64,000 nt of DNA. Source: an uncultured Thermus sp. (GTDB lineage Bacteria; Deinococcota; Deinococci; Deinococcales; Thermaceae). A model generated the notes under the pieces. The model had not been told where the DNA came from and did no database searches. It was given only the letters and a program-made list of their open reading frames with translations. A program made the translations under genes and the position numbers. Of the stretch, positions 40,147-50,022 are shown piece by piece (positions within the stretch are counted from its first letter, which is position 1; the number at the start of each line of letters is the position of its first letter). The stretch covers positions 96,001-160,000 of the forward strand of contig CAMTVD010000014.1 of assembly GCA_947085095.1 (NCBI GenBank). Direction: 5' to 3'.

Positions 40147-41033
40147 GGCGCCTCTGGCTTCTCCTTCCCCCACTTGCCCTGGTCCTCTTGGGGCTTCTGA
40201 AGCCCCCGCCTCTGGTCTGGGAGGGGGAGGGGGTCCGGTACCGGCGGGCGGGGGTGGGCCTCTTCGCCCAGGTCTGCCGCCCAAAGGGACCGCCCCAGGG
40301 AGCGGTTCTCCTGGTCCCCGGGGGGTTTGGCCCCCCCACGGCCAGCATGCTGGCCCGGTGCCGGGCCTGGGCGGAGCGGGGCTTTTTGGGCGTGGTGCCC
40401 CACCTGCGGGGCCGTGGAAAGAGCGGGGGGAGGATCACGGGCTGCCTGGAGGAGGCGGAGGACCTGGCCCACCTGGCCCGCCTTCTCCCGCGGCTTGGGG
40501 CGGACCGGCACGCCTATGCGGGCTACTCCCTGGGGGCCTGCGTGGCCCTCAAGGCGGCGGCCCTCGAGGGGAAGGCCAGGGGGGTGGTCTTCGCCATCGG
40601 CCCCGTGGACTTCGCCGAGCAGGTGGCCATCCTGAGGCGAAGCCGCCCCGAGGCCCTTTCCCGCTGGCGGGAGATCTTCGGCGACACCCCGGAGGTCCTG
40701 GCCCGCCAAAGCCCCCTACCCTACGCTTCCCGCCTTCAGGCCCCCCTCCTCGTCCTCCAGGCGGGCAACGACCCCCTGATTCCCCCCACCCAGGCCTGCC
40801 GCCTTAGGGACGTGCGGGAGGCCATGGGGCGGCGGGTCCACCAGGTGGCCCTGACCCGGGAGGGGGAGGTTTGGACGGGGCCCCTCACCAAGGGCCGGGC
40901 CTGCCTCCGGCCCACGGGCTTTGGCCCCGAGGAGGACGACCACCTGATCCTCTTCCCGGACCTGCACCACACGGTGATCCCCGCCATGGAAGCCCTGTCG
41001 GAGCGGTTCCTCCTGGCCTGGATGCGCCCTTGA
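40143..41033 (+). CDS. Alpha/beta hydrolase (S9/DLH-like) with N-terminal anchor
   Basis: GYSLG nucleophile elbow, D and H candidates; ATGA overlap with the acyltransferase. Confidence 0.8.
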   Translation: MRRLWLLLPPLALVLLGLLKPPPLVWEGEGVRYRRAGVGLFAQVCRPKGPPQGAVLLVPGGFGPPTASMLARCRAWAERGFLGVVPHLRGRGKSGGRITGCLEEAEDLAHLARLLPRLGADRHAYAGYSLGACVALKAAALEGKARGVVFAIGPVDFAEQVAILRRSRPEALSRWREIFGDTPEVLARQSPLPYASRLQAPLLVLQAGNDPLIPPTQACRLRDVREAMGRRVHQVALTREGEVWTGPLTKGRACLRPTGFGPEEDDHLILFPDLHHTVIPAMEALSERFLLAWMRP

Positions 41034-41058
41034 CAAGCCAGAGGGTTTCCGCCATAGT
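41030..41058 (+). promoter_or_regulatory. Sigma-A promoter for the tRNA-Ser pair
   Basis: TTGACA-17 nt-CATAGT. Confidence 0.75.
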
Positions 41059-41077
41059 GGGGCTTGCGGCCAGTCCT

Positions 41078-41168
41078 GGAGGGTTGGCCGAGCGGTTGAA
41101 GGCGGCGGTCTTGAAAACCGCTGTGGGCCTTGCGCCCACCGGGGGTTCGAATCCCTCACCCTCCGCCA
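41078..41168 (+). tRNA. tRNA-Ser(UGA)
   Basis: Cloverleaf with long variable arm, anticodon loop CT-TGA-AA, GGTTCGAATCC, encoded CCA. Confidence 0.96.
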
Positions 41169-41176
41169 AAGCCCAT

Positions 41177-41271
<95 letters not shown>

Positions 41272-41296
41272 GGGCCCGGGAAAACCCGGGCCTTTT
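41272..41296 (+). terminator. Intrinsic terminator after the tRNAs
   Basis: GGCCCGGG-AAAA-CCCGGGCC-TTTT. Confidence 0.85.
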
Positions 41297-41307
41297 ATCC
41301 TATAGGG

Positions 41308-41973
41308 GTGGTCCTCCCCTTGCCGCCCCTCCTCCCCTGCCGCTTCCTGAGGAGAATCAACCGCTTCCTGGTGGAGGCGGACGTGGGGCTCCTGCACCTC
41401 CCCAACTCCGGGCGCATGGGGGAGCTCCTCCTGCCCGGAACCCCCTGCCACTACCACCAAAGGCCCACCCCCAGGACCCTGGGCCGGATGGTCTTGCTGG
41501 AGCGCCAGGGGGTGCTGGTGGGGGTGGACGCCTCCCTGGCGGGGGACTTGCTGGAACTCCTCCTGCGCTCGGGCTATTTCGGGGCCCTGGAAGCCCTGAG
41601 GCGGGAGGTGCGCCTTCAGGGGGAGAGGCTGGACTTCTGGGCCAGGCTTTCCGGGAAGGAGGCCTTTTTGGAGGCCAAGAACTGCAACCGGGTGGAGGGA
41701 AGCCTGGCCCTCTTCCCCGACGCCCCCACCAGGAGGGGGGCCCGGCACCTCAGGCTCCTCGCCGACTTCGCCCGTCAAGGGGGAAGGGCCTACGCCGTCT
41801 GGATGGTGCAACACCCCCTGGCCCGGGGCTTCGCCTTGGACCCGGAGGACCAGGCGCTCTACCAGGCGGCCCGGGAGGCCAGGGAGGCGGGGGTGGGGCT
41901 CCTGGCCTTCCGGGTGCGCCCCACCCTGAGGGCACTTCGCGTGGAGGACCCCCTCCCCTGGATCTGGCCCTAG
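41308..41973 (+). CDS. sfsA: DNA/RNA nuclease SfsA
   Basis: RINRF, HLPNSGRMGEL, RLDF, EAKNC, FPDAPTRRGARHL. Confidence 0.92.
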   Translation: MVLPLPPLLPCRFLRRINRFLVEADVGLLHLPNSGRMGELLLPGTPCHYHQRPTPRTLGRMVLLERQGVLVGVDASLAGDLLELLLRSGYFGALEALRREVRLQGERLDFWARLSGKEAFLEAKNCNRVEGSLALFPDAPTRRGARHLRLLADFARQGGRAYAVWMVQHPLARGFALDPEDQALYQAAREAREAGVGLLAFRVRPTLRALRVEDPLPWIWP

Positions 41974-42716
41974 CCCCCCAGGAGGATCTGCAGGGCCACC
42001 ATGAGGGCCACGGCCAGGGTGAGGACGGTGGCCACCCCACCGGCCTCCGCCTCCTTGAGGGCCTCGGGGAGGATCTCCGCCACCGCCATCCAGATCATGG
42101 CCCCGGCGGCGAAGCCCAGGCCCACGGGCAGGGCAGGCTTGAAGAGCTCCACGAAGAGGAAGGCGGGCACGGCCATAAGGGGCTGGGGTAGGCTGGAGAA
42201 GACGCTCCAGAGGGCGGCCCCCAGGACGTTCACCCCCCTGGGGATGAGGACCAGGCTGATGGCCAGGCCCTCGGGAATGTTGTGCACGGCGATGGCCAGG
42301 GTGATGAAGACCCCCAGGGCCTCCCCGCCCCCGAAGGCCACCCCCACCCCCACCCCTTCGGCGAAGGAGTGGAGGGTCATGATGCCCACGATCATCAGGG
42401 CCTTGCGGGCGTCCAGGCCGTTTAGGGTGCCAAAACTCACCTCCCGGCCCCGGAGGTAACGGTGGGAGAGGAGGATGAAGAGGAGGCCCAAGAGGATGCC
42501 CAAAAGGGTCCGGGGGAGGCTCTCCTGCACCCCCTCGTAGATGAGGCCGAAGCTGGCGGAGAGCATAAGCCCGGCGGCGGCGGCGTTGGCCAGGCCCAGG
42601 TGCCGCTTAAGGATGTTCTTGGTGAAGAGGAAGGGTAGGGCCCCGAGCCCCGTGGCCACCGCGGTGAGCAGAGCGTAGAGGAAGACCGTCCCGGGGGAGA
42701 TGGGCAGAGCCTCCAT
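41970..42716 (-). CDS. ZIP family metal transporter
   Basis: LHSFAEG, IAVHNIPEG, FAAGAM; ATG 42716 with TAAAAT 7 nt upstream. Confidence 0.92.
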   Translation of the reverse strand: MEALPISPGTVFLYALLTAVATGLGALPFLFTKNILKRHLGLANAAAAGLMLSASFGLIYEGVQESLPRTLLGILLGLLFILLSHRYLRGREVSFGTLNGLDARKALMIVGIMTLHSFAEGVGVGVAFGGGEALGVFITLAIAVHNIPEGLAISLVLIPRGVNVLGAALWSVFSSLPQPLMAVPAFLFVELFKPALPVGLGFAAGAMIWMAVAEILPEALKEAEAGGVATVLTLAVALMVALQILLGG

Positions 42717-42726
42717 GGCGGTCATT

Positions 42727-43419
42727 TTATTGCAAGTGAGTATTGATAGCAATAAGCCACTCCCGCACCACCCGGGCCACCGTTTCCCGGTCCCGGTCCA
42801 GGAGGAGGTCGTGGCCGCTTTCCGGGAAGACCCGGTAATCCTTCCTGGGGCTTCCCAAAAGCTCATAGTACCGGCGCACCCCCTGGACCACGCGGTCCTG
42901 GCCCGCCTCCACCACCAGGGCGGGGGCCTGCACCTTGGGGAGGACCTCTGGGGTCCTTCGCATCAGGGCCAGAAGCTCCAGCACCGAGCGGGTGGGGAAG
43001 TAGGGGTAGTTGGGGTTGGCCTTTTTCAGCTCTGGGTCCCGGATGGAGTCGGGGCCGGGGAAGCGGGGGATGAGCCAGGCCAGGAGGGGGGCCAGGGGGG
43101 CCAGGGGGCTTTTCAGGGCCAGGGCGGGGGCTAGGGCCACCAGGGCCCTGGTGGGCCTCTCCGCCGCCAGGTGGGCGGCCAGGAGGGCCCCCATGGAAAG
43201 CCCCACCACCCCCCGGGGTTCGGGCAGGGCGGCGTAGGCCTCACGCGCCGCCAAAAGCCAGTCCTGCCAGCGCACCTTTAGGAGGTCCTCGGGCCTGGTG
43301 CCGTGGCCGGGAAGGGCGGGCTGGCTCACGGCAAACCCCGCCTCCCTCAGGACCTGGGGCAAAGGACCCAGGGTGAGGAGGGGGTGGGAGGTGAAGCCGT
43401 GCAGCAGGAGGAGGTTCAT
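42727..43419 (-). CDS. Carboxylesterase/lipase (alpha/beta hydrolase)
   Basis: LLHGFT, LPGHG, GLSMG, D.V, SGH. Confidence 0.9.
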   Translation of the reverse strand: MNLLLLHGFTSHPLLTLGPLPQVLREAGFAVSQPALPGHGTRPEDLLKVRWQDWLLAAREAYAALPEPRGVVGLSMGALLAAHLAAERPTRALVALAPALALKSPLAPLAPLLAWLIPRFPGPDSIRDPELKKANPNYPYFPTRSVLELLALMRRTPEVLPKVQAPALVVEAGQDRVVQGVRRYYELLGSPRKDYRVFPESGHDLLLDRDRETVARVVREWLIAINTHLQ

Positions 43420-43474
43420 GCCTCAGAATACCCCGTCTGGACGCCCGAGGAGGGGCATGGTAAAACGGGGGGGA

Positions 43475-44257
43475 ATGCTTTCGGGCAACCTCGCGGAGTT
43501 CCCTTTTCCTTCCCTGGTGGGCGCCCTCATGCAGGCGGGGCGCACGGGGCGGCTCCTCCTCCGCCCCCCTTTTTTGGAGGCCGAGGTCTACCTGAGGGGT
43601 GGCCAGGTGGTCCACGCCCGGGTCCAGGCCGGGGAGCGGGCCCTCGAGGGGGAGGAGGCCTTGGACCTCCTGGTGGGGCTCAAGCGCGCCCCCTTTGCCT
43701 TTGAGCCCGAGGTCCTCCCTCCTCACACCACCCTCCTCGGGGGGCTTTTGGTCCCCGCCCGGTTGGCAGAGGCCCAGGCTGTTTGGCAGGGGCTGGACCT
43801 CCCCACCGACTGGGGGTATATTCTCCGCCTCTCCCCGGGGGGTGGGGAGGTGGAGCTTTCCCCGGAGGTTCTGGGGGTGCTGGCCCAGGTGGAGGGGAGG
43901 CGCATCGCCGAGGTGCTTCTGGCCCCGGGCCCCTTGCGCTTGGCCCGCGTCCTGAACACCCTCTTGGGGATGGGGATTCTGGAGGCCGTTCCCCAGGTGG
44001 CCATTTCCCCCACCCCCCTCCTGGTCCTCCCCATCTACGGCCCGGGCTCGGGGGTGGCCTACGTGGACGAGCCCCTTTACGCGGGGTGGGCCCGGGCCAT
44101 CCGCCACGGGTTCCGCCTCAGGTTGAACCCTATGGGGATCCTCATGGAGGTGCGCCCCAGGCCCAACATCCCCGGGCGGCTGGGGCTTTTGGAGGAGGAC
44201 CTTAGACGCCTCCGCCTGCGCCGGGGGGATAAGGTGGAGGTGGTGCCGGAGGTGTAG
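43475..44257 (+). CDS. DUF4388 domain protein (alternative ATG 43457)
   Basis: LSGNLAEFPFPSLV...RTGRLLL...VYLRGGQVVHA. Confidence 0.8.
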   Translation: MLSGNLAEFPFPSLVGALMQAGRTGRLLLRPPFLEAEVYLRGGQVVHARVQAGERALEGEEALDLLVGLKRAPFAFEPEVLPPHTTLLGGLLVPARLAEAQAVWQGLDLPTDWGYILRLSPGGGEVELSPEVLGVLAQVEGRRIAEVLLAPGPLRLARVLNTLLGMGILEAVPQVAISPTPLLVLPIYGPGSGVAYVDEPLYAGWARAIRHGFRLRLNPMGILMEVRPRPNIPGRLGLLEEDLRRLRLRRGDKVEVVPEV

Positions 44258-44259
44258 GC

Positions 44260-45615
44260 ATGGATATCCTGACCCTGAACGAGTATCTGAACCGTATCGT
44301 CTACGGCTTCCCCATGAAGCTGGTCTTCCTCCTGGTGGGGGCCTATCTGGTCATCTTCCGGATCCGCTGGTTCAGCGCCCCCTTGCGGATGCTGAGGGTT
44401 TCCTTCAGCGAAACCTTCGGGGCCATCCGCGAGCGAGCCTACGGCTTCGGCGGCCAGATCACCCCCTTCCAGGCCACCATGGTGGCCCTTTCCGCCACCA
44501 TCGGCACCGGCCACCTCCTCGGCATGCTGGCGGCGGTGCTTCTGGGAGGCCCCGGGGCCGTCTTCTGGATGTGGGTGGGCTACTTTTTTGGTACGGGCAG
44601 CAAGTTCGCCGAGGCCACCCTGGCGGTGCACTACCGCCGCCGCTACGCCGACGGCTCGGTGTCCGGGGGGCCCATGCACTACCTCTACCGGGGCCTGCCC
44701 AAGCTCAGGTTTCTGGCCTACCTTTTCGCCTTCTTCGCCGCGCTGAGCGCCTTCGGCATCGGCAACCTGGCCCAGGCGGGGGCGGTGGGCGGGGCCCTTT
44801 CCCCCTTGGGGGCTCCCCCGGCCCTGGTGGGCCTCCTCCTGGCCCTCCTGGTGGGGGTGGTCCTGGGCGGGGGGATCGTCTGGGTGGCCCGCTTTGCCCA
44901 GGTGGTGGTGCCTTTGAAGCTCCTCCTCTTCCTTTTGGCCATGGGGCCCCTCCTCGTCCTCTACGGAGGGCGGCTTTGGGAGGCGCTTTCCCTGGTCTTC
45001 CAGGCCGCCTTCAGCCCCGAGGCCGCCCTAGGGGGGGCGGCGGGGTACAGCCTCTACGCCGCCATCAACGCTGGCCTTGGCCGGGGGATCTTCGCCAACG
45101 AGGCGGGGCTGGGCTCCGCGGCCATCGCCCACGCCCAGGCCCAGGTGGACCACCCCGTGCGCCAGGGGTTCTGGGGGGTCACGGAGATGTTCGTGAGCTT
45201 CCTGGTCACCAGCCTCACCGCCCTCACCTTCATCGCCTCGGGGCTTTGGCAGAAGGGGGGAAGCGCCACCGAGGCGGCCCAGGCCCTCTTCCAGGCCCAT
45301 CCCTTGGGCGGGGTGATCCTGGCCCTTACCGTGGCCGTCTTCGCCCTGGGGACCATGGTGGCCTGGGGCTTCTACGGGGAGGAGGCCGCCGCCTTCCTCT
45401 TCGGCGAGGGAATCCGCTGGCCCTACCGCCTTACCTTCGCCACCCTGGCCTTCGTGGGGCCCTTGGGGGGCCTCGAGGCCTTCCTGGCCATCTCCGACAC
45501 CCTAAACGGCCTCATGGCCCTCCCCAACCTCCTGGGCCTGGTCCTCCTCGGGGGGGTGGTGGGGCGGCTCGTCTACGGCTTCTTCCGCGGGGAGCCCTGG
45601 GTGCCGCCCCGCTAG
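44260..45615 (+). CDS. Alanine/glycine:cation symporter (AGCS family)
   Basis: ATIGTG, GGPGAVFWMW, GGPMHY, RGIFANEAGLGS, NGLMALPNL. Confidence 0.93.
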   Translation: MDILTLNEYLNRIVYGFPMKLVFLLVGAYLVIFRIRWFSAPLRMLRVSFSETFGAIRERAYGFGGQITPFQATMVALSATIGTGHLLGMLAAVLLGGPGAVFWMWVGYFFGTGSKFAEATLAVHYRRRYADGSVSGGPMHYLYRGLPKLRFLAYLFAFFAALSAFGIGNLAQAGAVGGALSPLGAPPALVGLLLALLVGVVLGGGIVWVARFAQVVVPLKLLLFLLAMGPLLVLYGGRLWEALSLVFQAAFSPEAALGGAAGYSLYAAINAGLGRGIFANEAGLGSAAIAHAQAQVDHPVRQGFWGVTEMFVSFLVTSLTALTFIASGLWQKGGSATEAAQALFQAHPLGGVILALTVAVFALGTMVAWGFYGEEAAAFLFGEGIRWPYRLTFATLAFVGPLGGLEAFLAISDTLNGLMALPNLLGLVLLGGVVGRLVYGFFRGEPWVPPR

Positions 45616-46010
45616 CGGAAAAGCTCCCTTACCGCCTTTTCCAGCTCCTCCCCCGCCTTTTTGTCCAGGGTGAGCTTGACCTTGAGGGCCACCCGCAGGG
45701 CCTCCTCCTCGAGGGCCTCCCGGCTTTGGCACTCCTCCAGCCGCTTCACCAAGGGCTCGGCCCGGGGACCCAGACGGGCCTTGAGGAGGTCCACGAGCCT
45801 CCTGCAGAGCTCCGTGGGCCCTTCCACGGGGACGATCAGGCCCCGCTTCAGGAGATCCGCCAGGACCAGGTAGGCCTTCTCCCCCAGGCCGCTATCCCGC
45901 ACCACCTCCTCCTCGGTGCGCCGCCCATCGCAGAGGGTGTAGACCCGCCACTCCTCGGGGGTGGGCTTCCAGTCGCCCTCGGGGGGGTTGGGGTTGCGGC
46001 GGAAGATCAT
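45612..46010 (-). CDS. Hypothetical protein (winged-helix-like N-terminus)
   Basis: TPEEWRVYTLCDGRRT; host-like codon usage. Confidence 0.7.
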   Translation of the reverse strand: MIFRRNPNPPEGDWKPTPEEWRVYTLCDGRRTEEEVVRDSGLGEKAYLVLADLLKRGLIVPVEGPTELCRRLVDLLKARLGPRAEPLVKRLEECQSREALEEEALRVALKVKLTLDKKAGEELEKAVRELFR

Positions 46011-46012
46011 GG

Positions 46013-46297
46013 TTAGAGGGAGGCCACCACGGCCTCCACCAGCCTCAGGACCAGGTAGACGAAGATCGCTCCCAGGAGGAGGATGAGGGAGAGGAGGAGA
46101 AGGAGGAGGCTAGAAGGCTCCTGCCAGGTGAGGAGGAGGACCCCCAGGTAGGCCAGGGCGAAGAAGGCGATGAGGAAGAGGAGCTGCTTCATCCTTTCCC
46201 CCACGATCCCCCCGGGGGTGGACCCCTTGAGACGGAAGCCGTAGAGGGTGTTGTAGGCCATTACCACCAAGCCCATGAGGAGCAGGATCTTTTCCAT
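46013..46297 (-). CDS. Small membrane protein
   Basis: Three hydrophobic helices, in operon. Confidence 0.7.
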   Translation of the reverse strand: MEKILLLMGLVVMAYNTLYGFRLKGSTPGGIVGERMKQLLFLIAFFALAYLGVLLLTWQEPSSLLLLLLSLILLLGAIFVYLVLRLVEAVVASL

Positions 46298-46306
46298 AAA
46301 CCCACT

Positions 46307-46585
46307 CTACCCTACCCATTCCCGGATGGGAACCAGCTCCCCCCCCTGGACCTCCTTGCGCACGGGGCGGTAACGGCGGTCAAACCAGATCTCCAGCACC
46401 GCCCGGTCCAGGCTCCTGGGGGCCACGATCTCCTTGCGCACAAAATAGCCCGTTTCCGTGGGGGAGATCTCCATGCTCTTGGAGAGCCTGATCTCCACCA
46501 CCTCCCCGCTTCTTGTGCGCACCCGCACCCGGAAGGCCAGGGGTCCTTCGGGCTTCACGTGGGGGTCCCTGCGGAAAAACCACAC
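46307..46585 (-). CDS. Hypothetical protein (92 aa)
   Basis: GTG 46585 after the GGAGG at the end of the ybaK-like gene; C-terminal part of the long 46307-47281 ORF. Confidence 0.7.
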   Translation of the reverse strand: MWFFRRDPHVKPEGPLAFRVRVRTRSGEVVEIRLSKSMEISPTETGYFVRKEIVAPRSLDRAVLEIWFDRRYRPVRKEVQGGELVPIREWVG

Positions 46586-46587
46586 GG

Positions 46588-47064
46588 CTACGCCTCCTTG
46601 AGGTCCGCCACCTGGGCCCCGGTGAGGGCGAGGAGCTCTTCCGGGGTGAGGGCGAAGAGGGCCTTGGGGGTGCCCCCCGCTGCCCATACCCGAGGGTAGG
46701 CCAGCAGGTCCCGATCCAGGAAGGCGGGGAGGGGGGTGTTGTGGCCCACGGGCGGCACCCCGCCGATGGCGTAACCCGTGAGGGCCCGCACCTCCTCCGG
46801 CGTGGCCCGGCGTAAGGAGCCCCCCACCAGGGCCTCGGCCTTCTTGGGGTCCAGGCGGTTTTTTCCGCTTACCAGGAAGAGGTAAGCCCCTCCTTCCCCC
46901 ATGAAGACCAGGCTCTTCACGATCTGCCCCACCCCGGCCCCCACCGCCTTTGCCGCCTCCTCCGCCGTGCGGGTGGAGGCGGGGAGTTCCGTCACCTGGA
47001 GGTGGGGGAAACCCCGCCCCTTCAAGGCTTCCTGGACCCTTTGGGCGGAAGGGGAGAGGCTCAT
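46588..47064 (-). CDS. YbaK/EbsC family aminoacyl-tRNA deacylase
   Basis: TAEEAA...QIVKSLVF, TGYAIGGVPPVGH, WAAGG. Confidence 0.92.
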   Translation of the reverse strand: MSLSPSAQRVQEALKGRGFPHLQVTELPASTRTAEEAAKAVGAGVGQIVKSLVFMGEGGAYLFLVSGKNRLDPKKAEALVGGSLRRATPEEVRALTGYAIGGVPPVGHNTPLPAFLDRDLLAYPRVWAAGGTPKALFALTPEELLALTGAQVADLKEA

Positions 47065-48176
47065 AGGGCGTAGAGGAGCTCGGCCAGGAGGGCGGCCCGC
47101 CGGGGGATCTCCGGCACCACCACGTACTCCGTCCGCTGGTGGGCATCCCCGCCGAAAAGACCCAGGCCGTCCAGGGTGGGCACCCCCAAGGCGGCGGTGA
47201 AGTTGCCGTCGGAGCCGCCCCCCACCCGGCCTGGCCTGAGGCTGAGGCCCAGGCTTTCCCCGATGGCCCGGGCCTTTTCAAAGAGGGCCAGGCTTTCCGG
47301 GGTGGGCTCCATGGGGGGGCGGTTGAGCCCGCCGGAAAGCGCCAGCTTGGCCCCGGGGAGGAGGGGCCTAAGAGCCTTGAGGCCCTCCTCCACCCGCCTC
47401 GCCTCCTCCAGGGTCCAGGCCCTGAGGTCTATTTCCACCCAGGCCTCCTCGGCCACCACGTTGCTTACCGTGCCCCCCCGGATCACGTTGGGACCCAGGG
47501 TGGTGCCTTTTTCCCGGTCCTCGAGGGCCGCCACCTTGAGGACCTGGTGGGCGAGCTCCAGGATGGCGTTCACCCCCTTTTCCGGCTCCACCCCCTGGTG
47601 GGCCGCTTTCCCCAGGGCCTTGAGGCGGTAAAGGCCCACCCCCTTGCGGGCCACCTTCAGGTCCCCTTCCGCCGTGGGGGGCTCCAGGACCAAGGCGGCC
47701 CGGGCCTTTTTGGCGGCGGCCTCTATGAGGGGGCGGCTTTCCGGGGAGCCCACCTCCTCGTCGGGGGTGAAGAGGATTTCCAGGGGGGGAAGCCTCCTTC
47801 CCGTGGCCTCCGCGTGGCGCAGGGCGTAGAGGAGGGCGATGATCCCCCCCTTCATGTCGTAGACCCCGGGGCCTACGGCCCGGTCCCGCTCCAGGCGGAA
47901 GGCCTCGGGGAAGCTCCCCTTGGGGTGGACGGTGTCGTAGTGGCAGAGGACGAGGACCGGGGAGCCTTCCCCTTCCCGCTTCAGGAGGAGGACGGGGCCT
48001 TTAGGGGTGTCCTTACGGGAAAGCCGCCCCTTAAGGGGTCCAAAGGCCTCCTCCACGAAGAGGGCCGCTTCCTTGAGGCCCGCCAGGTCCCCCGAGGGGG
48101 ACTCCCGGCGCACGAAGGCCTCGAGGTCCTTGAGGAAGGAGGGCAGGTTAGCCTTCATCCATTCCCAGGTTTCCAT
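47061..48176 (-). CDS. M20 family glutamate carboxypeptidase-like hydrolase
   Basis: HYDTV, GPGVYDMKGG, DEEVGS, LEP, GGGSDGN, DGLG. Confidence 0.9.
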   Translation of the reverse strand: METWEWMKANLPSFLKDLEAFVRRESPSGDLAGLKEAALFVEEAFGPLKGRLSRKDTPKGPVLLLKREGEGSPVLVLCHYDTVHPKGSFPEAFRLERDRAVGPGVYDMKGGIIALLYALRHAEATGRRLPPLEILFTPDEEVGSPESRPLIEAAAKKARAALVLEPPTAEGDLKVARKGVGLYRLKALGKAAHQGVEPEKGVNAILELAHQVLKVAALEDREKGTTLGPNVIRGGTVSNVVAEEAWVEIDLRAWTLEEARRVEEGLKALRPLLPGAKLALSGGLNRPPMEPTPESLALFEKARAIGESLGLSLRPGRVGGGSDGNFTAALGVPTLDGLGLFGGDAHQRTEYVVVPEIPRRAALLAELLYAL

Positions 48177-48372
48177 GGTCTCATTATGCCTTGGGGGCGG
48201 GAGGCCTGTGCCCCTTGGCAAAGAGCACCCCCCGTGGTATAAAAGAAGGGTATGCCCTTCGGGGCCGGTTCACACGGGAGGGGGAAATAGGCTTCTCCCC
48301 CGCCTTTTCGTGTGAGCGCGCTTAGAGCGCCCGCCTTCCCGAGGGAAGGCGTGTAAGGAGGAAAGAGGCGGC

Positions 48373-49971
48373 ATGGAAGAAAAGGCGACCCAGACCCCAG
48401 AAAAGACCTTCAGCATGGAACAGGCCCTTCAGGAAACCGAGGCCCGCCTGGAGAAGCGGGTGCGCCCCGGCCAGGTCCTGACGGGCAAGGTGGTCTTGGT
48501 GGGTTCCGAAGGCGTGGCGGTGGACATCGGCGCGAAGACGGAAGGCATCATTCCCTTCAACCAGCTCACGGAGAAACCCCTTTCCGAGGAGGAGCTCAAG
48601 GGGCTCCTCAAGCCGGGGGACGAGGTGCGGGTTCAGGTGCTCCGGGTGGACCCCGAGACCGGGCAGATCCTCCTTTCCCGCAAGAAGGTGGAGGCCACGG
48701 AGCACTGGGACCGCATCCGGGAGCTCTACGAAAAGGGCGAGCCGGTCACCGTCAGCGTGAAGGAGAAGGTCAAGGGGGGCTTGGTCGCCGAGCTGGACGG
48801 CGTGCAGGCCTTCATCCCCGCTTCCCAGCTGGACCTCAGGCGCATCCCCAACCTGGACGCCTACGTGGGCCAGCAGCTCCTGGTCAAGATCATTGAGTTC
48901 CACCGGAAGAAGGGGCGGGTCCTCCTCTCCCGCCGGGCGGTCCTCGAGGAGGAGCAGAAAAAGGCCAAGGAGGCCTTCTTCCAGAGCTTGGCCCCCGGCC
49001 AGGTGGTGGAGGGGACCGTGGTGGACGTGACCGAGTTCGGGGCCTTCGTCAACCTGGGGCCCGTGGACGGCCTGGTGCACCGTTCCGAGATCACCTGGGG
49101 GCGGTTTAACCACCCCAAGGAGGTCATCCACAAGGGGCAGAAGGTGCGGGCCCAGGTGGTTTCCGTGGACCCCGAGAAGGAGCGGGTCAACCTTTCCATC
49201 AAGGCCCTGATCCCCGATCCCTGGACCACCGTGGCCGAGAAGTACCCGGTGGGAAGTCGGGTGCGGGGCAAGGTGGTGGGCCTCACCCAGTTCGGGGCCT
49301 TCGTGGAGGTGGAGCCTGGCCTCGAGGGGCTCATCCACATCTCCGAACTCTCCTGGACCAAAAGGCCCAAGCACCCCTCCGAGGTGGTGAAGGAGGGGGA
49401 CGAGGTGGAGGCGGTGGTCCTTCGGCTGGACCCCAGTGAGCGCCGCCTTTCCCTAGGGCTCAAGCAGACCCAGCCCGATCCCTGGCAGCAGTTGGTGGAG
49501 AAATACCCTCCCGGTACCGTGGTCAAGGGCAAGGTTACCGGGGTCACGGACTTCGGCGTCTTCGTGGAGCTGGAGCCCGGCATGGAGGGCCTGGTCCACG
49601 TCTCCGAGCTGGACCACGCCCGGGTGGAGAACCCCGCCGCCCTCTTCAAGAAAGGAGAGGAGATGGAGGTGGTGGTCCTCAACATTGACCCCGTGGAGCA
49701 GCGCATCTCCCTTTCCCGCAAGCGCCTCCTGCCCCCGCCCCCGCCCAAGACGGAGGAGGAGCGTCCCCGCCGGGCCAAGGGCAAGGAGGTCCGGGGCAAG
49801 CGCAAGCCCAAAGGCCGCCCGGAGGAGCGCCGGGAGTACGAGTACGGGGCCGTGGCCGAGTACAACCTCTACGATGCCTCCGCCGTGCCCACCGCCACCA
49901 CCAGCGTGAAGCTGGGCGACCTCTACGGGGACCTCCTGGCCAGCCTGGGGCTGGAAGAGGAGAAGAAGTAG
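48373..49971 (+). CDS. rpsA: 30S ribosomal protein S1
   Basis: Tandem S1 domains (FGAFV...GLVH/GLIHISEL); AAGGAGG SD. Confidence 0.97.
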   Translation: MEEKATQTPEKTFSMEQALQETEARLEKRVRPGQVLTGKVVLVGSEGVAVDIGAKTEGIIPFNQLTEKPLSEEELKGLLKPGDEVRVQVLRVDPETGQILLSRKKVEATEHWDRIRELYEKGEPVTVSVKEKVKGGLVAELDGVQAFIPASQLDLRRIPNLDAYVGQQLLVKIIEFHRKKGRVLLSRRAVLEEEQKKAKEAFFQSLAPGQVVEGTVVDVTEFGAFVNLGPVDGLVHRSEITWGRFNHPKEVIHKGQKVRAQVVSVDPEKERVNLSIKALIPDPWTTVAEKYPVGSRVRGKVVGLTQFGAFVEVEPGLEGLIHISELSWTKRPKHPSEVVKEGDEVEAVVLRLDPSERRLSLGLKQTQPDPWQQLVEKYPPGTVVKGKVTGVTDFGVFVELEPGMEGLVHVSELDHARVENPAALFKKGEEMEVVVLNIDPVEQRISLSRKRLLPPPPPKTEEERPRRAKGKEVRGKRKPKGRPEERREYEYGAVAEYNLYDASAVPTATTSVKLGDLYGDLLASLGLEEEKK

Positions 49972-49979
49972 GAGGCGGT

Positions 49980-50010
49980 AAAAAAGCCCCCGCCCGAGGG
50001 CGGGGGCTTC
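49980..50010. terminator. Terminator between convergent rpsA and fbcB
   Basis: AAAAAAGCCCCCGCCC-GA-GGGCGGGGGCTT. Confidence 0.85.
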
Positions 50011-50022
50011 CGCTTTCCGGGC

